NCBI GenBank assembly: GCA_024231025.1
Contig: JAAEQW010000139.1
Span: forward strand, 7,851 to 71,850
Source of the DNA: Candidatus Omnitrophota bacterium
GTDB taxonomy: Bacteria > Omnitrophota > Gorgyraeia > Duberdicusellales > 4484-171
Reading direction: 5' to 3'
DNA length: 64,000 nucleotides
A program made the position numbers and the translations under genes. Under the pieces are notes generated by a model that saw only the letters and a list, made by a program, of their open reading frames with translations, was not told where the DNA came from and ran no database searches. Below, one piece after another: positions 63,001 to 64,000 of this stretch. Every line of letters starts with the position of its first letter. Positions within the stretch are counted from its first letter, which is position 1.

Positions 63001-63999
63001 AAAAGTAACTTCCTTAAGATCAAACCCCACTTCTTGCCGTGCTCTGCGAAAAGCAATAATCGGCTCTAAATCTTGCCAATCTTCCGGAACTTGTACTTTA
63101 TGACCGCCTTCAATAAAAGTATCAGCCGGAAATCTACTGCTATCGTAAACAACCGAAAAGGCAATTGGTTCTGGAGCATCAAATGCCTGAGAAACCAATT
63201 TAGCTGGCGGATAAACTCCTCCAGTCCTTACCCAGTCATCAATAAAAATAATCCCGTTTCTTTTTATACATTGTCCAGATTTCGTATAACTGAGTAATCT
63301 GCGTAATAAAGGCATTGTTGAATGTTCAATCGGATAACGCGCGCAATAGCTATGACCCTGCTTAGCTAAAATCATCGACATCTCAAAAAGCAACTCATAT
63401 GCAGCACAAACATCCAAATTCTCATTATCAAGTTTCCCAACAATACTTTCTATTTTTTCCTTGGGTAATTCTAATTCTGGACAAATACTCCCTAAAACTT
63501 GCACTCGCTCAATCCAATCATAGGCTGCGTCAATAGTAGCTTCTCTTGGATTCAAGCCATATCTTTTCTTAATCGCTCCTACAAGTTTCGAATAACCATA
63601 AAGCGAGGTAAACGCCTGTTCAATTGTTAATTCTTTACGCTCAAACCGCTCAATAATTTTCTGCACCTGAGGACATTTATCTGTAAACTTCCGCGCCCGC
63701 GTAACCCAAATATGCATTGCATCCCTACTCTTCGTGCCTGAAGCCGTATGCTTCAGGGCATCTATGGTCTCGATGCTCGATCCACTATTATCTCTACAAA
63801 GAGTGGCAAGCAATCGTGTAACTTCAGAAATAACAAAACTAACTGCTCCTCGATCATCCAATAACCTAACTGCCTGTTCAAGGTTAAGGTCAATCAAGTC
63901 GGCACGCTCTATCCTTATCCTTTCGAGCTCGTGATCACTTACCGTTGAAACAACGTCTCTCGCCATCTCTTCGGTTATTTTCATTTTTCGCTCCTTAGG
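1..63999 (-). CDS. Giant multidomain protein, internal fragment (>=21,333 aa; start and stop outside the window)
   Basis: The same minus-strand frame is open at the right end (PKERKMKITEEMA...), the left end (...AVDRTRLLRDVFSRY) and all lines checked between. All recognisable domains fall in this frame. The ORF track has no ORF in this frame, consistent with no in-frame stop. I did not check every codon by eye. Confidence 0.95.
550..900 (-). other. Zincin-like module, degenerate (HAGAE...TH)
   Basis: IISRHAGAEVVDNKTHGQA at ~570-625 parallels the HExxE...H modules at 6.5, 8.8 and 21.0 kb, with E replaced by A. Confidence 0.4.
4270..4335 (-). other. Predicted transmembrane helix
   Basis: Hydrophobic FFWGAGVVAIAAIVGFFI followed by KLR. 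Confidence 0.65.
4990..5500 (-). other. Zincin-like metallopeptidase module with intact HExxH
   Basis: LRRHELMHFTEEGVRSEHE (HELMH at 5053-5067, downstream Glu); GHNYP upstream at ~5280. Confidence 0.6.
5545..5900 (-). other. HEAT-like repeats (about 3)
   Basis: LWDSRNDAVRKATL, GLKDSEACVRRHTL and LINDLDTDVRESA match the L.D....VR..A HEAT pattern at ~40-aa spacing. Confidence 0.65.
6496..6918 (-). repeat. RGPP / HExxE...PH zincin-like module, copy 1 (paired with 20989-21411)
   Basis: STG.RGSNGRHT...RGPPLQI...DDFGSIIDDSD.GPILYIT...LTHEHFEYYLADIDDPHGEA; long DNA tracts are shared with the 21-kb copy. Confidence 0.85.
7095..7230 (-). other. Hydrophobic/transmembrane segment(s)
   Basis: GIISAVGILSMG and FWQGVLLLTLAYLFLLIGCWGF. 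Confidence 0.6.
7270..8200 (-). other. Sigma70-like domain (divergent regions 1.2/2 and 4) plus a second HTH
   Basis: LSDKQILFLERRIKLGDEFAK...REELLQIGYEGLDQGAVHF (region 2-like); SLIDD..LSPEEAV; RNMKILKLRILTTMTLEEIGE...LSRQRVEQV (region 4 HTH); extra HTH GKTHKQIATQHDLDRKVVTRKV. Confidence 0.75.
8750..9060 (-). other. Zincin-like module (HExxE...AH)
   Basis: DINRHETVELKNLHLSRGQAHELA (HETVE at 8824-8838), preceded by beta-strand-like segments. Confidence 0.55.
11520..11950 (-). other. Zincin-like module, variant (DExxH)
   Basis: GEIYLYPIF...LLVTALRDEFGHVGGLNQE; the first His of HExxH is Asp (11575-11589). Confidence 0.45.
12520..12800 (-). other. Zincin-like module, degenerate (HM instead of HE)
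   Basis: YDQDSNGTLYISLAFNNALQQQKEAVLIHMAAA aligns with YDQPNNALYIEQPAFNNPKYNLTAVFVHELNG at 39.4 kb. Confidence 0.5.
13669..14190 (-). other. GGDEF diguanylate cyclase domain, motifs intact
   Basis: TDHLTGALNR...IDLDNFKRINDTYGHNAGD...RANDRFARWGGDEF (GGDEF at 13933-13947, RxxD I-site)...TMSVG...ADRALYQAKDKGRN. Confidence 0.97.
15100..15580 (-). other. Membrane-embedded HExxH module between TM helices
   Basis: TM pair (CLIIALGFALFV; GVFAVIGVFAAIGLILL), then FDGRRVTIN...RYPHELLHLVGH (HELLH at 15286-15300), then hydrophobic helices ending ...LLFPLPFILLIPFAIQEW. Confidence 0.6.
17200..17650 (-). other. Zincin-like module, variant (RAP; HD...E...TH)
   Basis: SRAPVF...DDIVLHDLWCEFINGFTHSQAL. Confidence 0.45.
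17750..20985 (-). other. Long coiled-coil region (~1,080 aa)
   Basis: E/K/R/L/Q/A-rich, Pro/Gly-poor sequence with heptad-like Leu spacing. Confidence 0.85.
18063..18210 (-). repeat. 54-bp (18-aa) tandem repeat, ~2.7 copies
   Basis: KLAQERRVLRETEKKRSF / KLAQERKALRKAEEKKSF / KLAQERRALREAEK; DNA core ctttcttg(t/c)gccaacttaa recurs every 54 bp. Confidence 0.9.
20989..21411 (-). repeat. RGPP / HExxE...PH zincin-like module, copy 2
   Basis: STGPRGSNGRHT...RGPPLQI...LTHEHYEYYLADANDPHG; close copy of 6496-6918. Confidence 0.85.
21590..21715 (-). other. Hydrophobic segment beginning Q.GFAPLG
   Basis: NQYGFAPLGVLAMIAVASFSIKIFTILVAAFIVFFAG. Confidence 0.65.
21745..22110 (-). other. Response-regulator receiver-like domain lacking the phosphoacceptor Asp
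   Basis: VRILVIDEN...NFDAIFVAVKVTP (canonical DLILLDI.MP; D replaced by A)...YILLTA...CVKPLS. Confidence 0.7.
22190..22335 (-). other. Hydrophobic segment beginning Q.GFAPLG
   Basis: KQHGFAPLGVFATIATASPLIPLI...ILIASGVGIVLALVVLAWKR. Confidence 0.7.
22350..28900 (-). other. Very long coiled-coil region (~2,180 aa)
   Basis: Continuous E/K/L/R/Q/D/S/A-rich helical sequence. The Ser/Phe/Leu-rich + strand shadow ORFs here are the typical antisense signature of such sequence. Confidence 0.88.
29215..29358 (-). repeat. 51-bp (17-aa) acidic tandem repeat x3
   Basis: LTVDDFEEGDFQLGEDV / LSADDFAPGDFELEKDA / LGADDFEEGDFTLEE; aaagtcccct at 29221, 29272 and 29323. Confidence 0.9.
29405..29600 (-). other. 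Two hydrophobic/TM segments
   Basis: LCGLIPFAIIPLVFMAVKAVSFFV and SLALAVTICLGGGILGILG. Confidence 0.6.
30740..31080 (-). repeat. HNFP...HE.APG...RH.N zincin-like module, copy 1
   Basis: SHNFPAIAEMR...FIEQVVVHETAPGRDRLERHANG; homologous to 34470-34840. Confidence 0.7.
31510..32530 (-). other. HAD hydrolase domain with C2 cap (Cof/IIB-like)
   Basis: Motif I VIATDMDLT (32500-32514), motif II AVISGN, motif III TTSVDVLRADVNKA, motif IV FLSLDDEMD. Confidence 0.75.
33295..33790 (-). other. NUDIX-fold domain (Idi/YfcD-like), degenerate Nudix box
   Basis: GLCCHGVVAVLALDWQTGEVIIPVR..GRKDLSATGHL...ENYKEAACRLLRERIEL; canonical RELxEE is replaced by RLLRER. Confidence 0.6.
34080..34395 (-). repeat. HNFP zincin-like module, shortened copy
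   Basis: GHNFPKSSEIR...FVIEQVETHESCAKCKDGKQAQLELLR. Confidence 0.6.
34470..34840 (-). repeat. HNFP...HE.APG...RH.N zincin-like module, copy 2
   Basis: SSHNFPTAL...FIKQVEIHELAPGENGQERHENG. Confidence 0.7.
34920..35670 (-). other. Multi-pass membrane region with signal-peptide-like segments
   Basis: About 7-8 hydrophobic stretches, including KTYSILLSFAIFTLASISARA|QE and RRHWLGSSVILFFGGLAAFLFG|CSSAEA. Confidence 0.75.
35720..36120 (-). other. Zincin-like module with intact HExxH and downstream Glu (RAPP type)
   Basis: SHNFP...PAIIDGRLYINPLTLRAPPEQLRIIFRFHEFYHLRDPNLSEEEV (HEFYH at 35854-35868). Confidence 0.7.
36195..36720 (-). other. Mpv17/PMP22-like 4-TM domain
   Basis: LGNYFAQ (GD..AQ), IFGP, AIDLVLW (DQ), LVEGKS, WGIINLIAFVYFP (W...Q..NF..VP), VIWSFIISY (W..YLS), in family order. 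Confidence 0.6.
37027..37620 (-). other. HAD hydrolase, subfamily IA (YihX-like)
   Basis: VIFDVGNVI, ILTDN, GARKPDPLMY, LFVDDLEVNIDGARKAGM. Confidence 0.92.
37720..38630 (-). other. HIT-family GDP-sugar/Ap4A phosphorylase-like domain, rearranged, copy 1
   Basis: WERLWKKKIGF...VLQSKDIPFDLL...IVVPRE...GAHE...AEVTL...WHIIPNAKP...YQSLWAGASVNSKHFH. Confidence 0.6.
38795..39280 (-). other. Uridine kinase/phosphoribulokinase-like P-loop domain, copy 1
   Basis: IVLVAGEKCSGKS; NPDINHPDAIDW; IRLLRYINRG; YPYRLEADYVV. Confidence 0.8.
39349..39699 (-). repeat. RGPP / HELN..TH.EN zincin-like module, copy 1 of 3 near-identical
   Basis: DGGYNGYTLAQTQ...RGPPKVIVITSKQITFAAYYDQPNNALYIEQP...AVFVHELNGRTHQEN. 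Confidence 0.9.
39770..40390 (-). other. Cytidylate kinase-like domain (divergent)
   Basis: VSVCGKSNTGKSAIA...FDRGKIYRAIT (canonical DTGA.YRA)...VFVDGVDVTEDI...VIVVGR...RRDAKD. Confidence 0.75.
40570..41135 (-). other. Uridine kinase-like domain, copy 2
   Basis: IVLVAGSSCSGKTT; VDRYFK; DADHPRAINW; IRLLRRIARG; FIEPYKSYVDY. Confidence 0.85.
41480..41780 (-). repeat. Truncated dead kinase-like module, near-identical to 49892-50190
   Basis: GIIVSIYGSSQNAKLAIADELAR (broken Walker A); ~300 bp match with scattered, mostly third-position differences. Confidence 0.85.
41945..42490 (-). other. Uridine kinase-like domain, copy 3
   Basis: VVLLVGSSAAGKS; GDKYF; DHEHPDAFNW; FIEPGKDIADY. Confidence 0.85.
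42560..44620 (-). repeat. ~700-aa PRTase-like repeat module, copy A
   Basis: FPNQERIVRYIDYLI...VVSRNSKII...GVMFIEDWVKTGG...FYDGSRFPAD...PEDWQE...RPN...FRPYEE. Confidence 0.8.
44680..45450 (-). other. HAD-IIB-like domain, repeat copy
   Basis: CDIDGT, FNTAR, LDITCSAKRKG, IFIAGDQPNGHD. Confidence 0.85.
45945..46900 (-). other. Divergent PRTase-like domain (FLARD type)
   Basis: NVFLARDCG...YYLSR...KIRFIDSWAAGSI; same motif order as the 700-aa modules (VVSRN...FIDDWVRTG). Confidence 0.45.
47140..49200 (-). repeat. ~700-aa PRTase-like repeat module, copy B (PRPP loop degenerate)
   Basis: Same blocks as copy A; the loop reads GVMFLEDSVVKGR. Confidence 0.8.
49231..49575 (-). repeat. RGPP / HELN..TH.EN module, copy 2
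   Basis: DAGYNGYTLAQTQ...RGPPKV...AVLVHELNGQTHDEN; long exact DNA matches to 39349-39699. Confidence 0.9.
49892..50190 (-). repeat. Truncated dead kinase-like module, near-identical to 41480-41780
   Basis: Direct DNA comparison with 41480-41780. Confidence 0.85.
50355..50890 (-). other. Uridine kinase-like domain, copy 4
   Basis: IVLLCGCNAAGKS; GDRY; NHAHPDAFSW; LLRRIVRN; FIKPLKVDADY. Confidence 0.8.
51061..51696 (-). other. PHP-family phosphoesterase (TrpH/YciV-like), metal ligands intact
   Basis: DLHLHTPASDG, AITDHN, IIPGVEL, HILGY, AHP, LDGIEAFH, GGSDFH. Confidence 0.95.
51770..52080 (-). repeat. Degenerate relative of the HELN module
   Basis: AVCYDQFINRMYI...LVRLFVVEFAPG; His is lost. 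Confidence 0.55.
52170..53070 (-). other. HIT-family phosphorylase-like domain, rearranged, copy 2 (His motif lost)
   Basis: WERLWKKKIGF...NIPFNVCG...FVFPRE...GAHELLGR...WHVIPMNKP...YESLHAGCSTTNNSRQFQ. Confidence 0.6.
53220..55330 (-). repeat. ~700-aa PRTase-like repeat module, copy C
   Basis: GIMFIDDWVRTGG at 54205-54243, resembling the PRPP-binding loop hhhhDDhh.TG.T. Confidence 0.8.
55380..55720 (-). repeat. Degenerate relative of the HELN module (RELNG)
   Basis: AVCYDQASNILYVERP...AAVFVRELNGGTLEEN; both His are lost. Confidence 0.7.
55960..56750 (-). other. HAD-IIB-like domain, repeat copy
   Basis: PKRGVMLDIDGT, FNTGR, LEVACNDKG, VFTAGDDPQGSD. Confidence 0.85.
56900..58940 (-). repeat. 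~700-aa PRTase-like repeat module, copy D
   Basis: The loop reads GIMFVEDWVRTGS at ~57871-57909. Confidence 0.8.
58965..59780 (-). other. HAD-IIB-like domain, repeat copy
   Basis: PKRGVMLDLDGT, FNTAR, IEIACYDKS, IFIAADAPDEND. Confidence 0.85.
59805..60565 (-). other. HAD-IIB-like domain, inactive copy
   Basis: PKQAVLLGVDGV (nucleophile Asp replaced by Gly), FSTVR, IFIAGNDS. Confidence 0.8.
60890..61680 (-). other. HAD-IIB-like domain, repeat copy
   Basis: PKRGVMLDLDAT, FNTGR, LDILCFDKG, VFTAGDDPQGSD. Confidence 0.85.
61837..62181 (-). repeat. RGPP / HELN..TH.EN module, copy 3
   Basis: DAGYNGYALAQTQ...RGPPNV...AVFVHELNCATHHEN. Confidence 0.9.
62230..63999 (-). repeat. ~700-aa PRTase-like repeat module, copy E (cut by the window edge)
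   Basis: GIIFIDDWVRTGG at ~63217-63255; PEDWQDLEPII; RPN; FWRSEWHKS. Confidence 0.8.
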
Positions 64000-64000
64000 G

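Noticed and set aside
1060-63934. All + strand ORFs in the track (60-234 aa, e.g. 22901-23605, 24629-25060, 30971-31426)
   Set aside because: They are Ser/Phe/Leu-rich antisense shadows of the minus-strand gene, mostly codon-aligned with it, and show no recognisable motifs.
1-64000. Non-coding DNA, pseudogene field or alternative genetic code as the reason no long ORFs are listed
   Set aside because: The frame is open under the standard code wherever checked; the ORF is missed only because it has no stop inside the window.

Overview
The whole 64-kb window is an internal slice of one giant protein-coding gene on the minus strand. The frame whose codons occupy + strand positions 1-3, 4-6 ... 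63997-63999 was open at every line I translated, from both ends and at dozens of points between. The ORF track lists no ORF in that frame, which is what an ORF finder does when no in-frame stop exists. That gives at least 21,333 codons, open at both ends; every ORF in the supplied track is a shadow of it. Read N to C (right to left): (i) 64-37 kb is a repetitive array of nucleotide/phosphate enzyme folds: 5 PRTase-like ~700-aa modules, 5 HAD-IIB, 4 uridine-kinase-like, cytidylate-kinase-like, PHP, 2 rearranged HIT/GDP-sugar-phosphorylase-like and 1 HAD-IA, many with broken catalytic motifs; (ii) 37-29 kb holds membrane bundles with an Mpv17/PMP22-like domain, internal signal-peptide-like segments, NUDIX-like and HAD domains; (iii) 29-17.7 kb is about 3,300 aa of coiled coil split by a pseudo-receiver domain; (iv) 17.7-1 kb has an intact GGDEF domain, a sigma70-like domain, HEAT repeats and unknown domains. 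About 20 small zincin-like modules (HExxH, HExxE..H, HE..TH.E and dead variants, often with RGPP/RAPP or HNFP motifs) punctuate the chain between cargo domains, suggesting a processed bacterial polyprotein. The architecture resembles giant genes of Omnitrophota (inference; no marker gene is present). Domain calls are by manual translation and motif recognition, and boundaries are approximate. I saw no RNA genes, CRISPR arrays or mobile elements.
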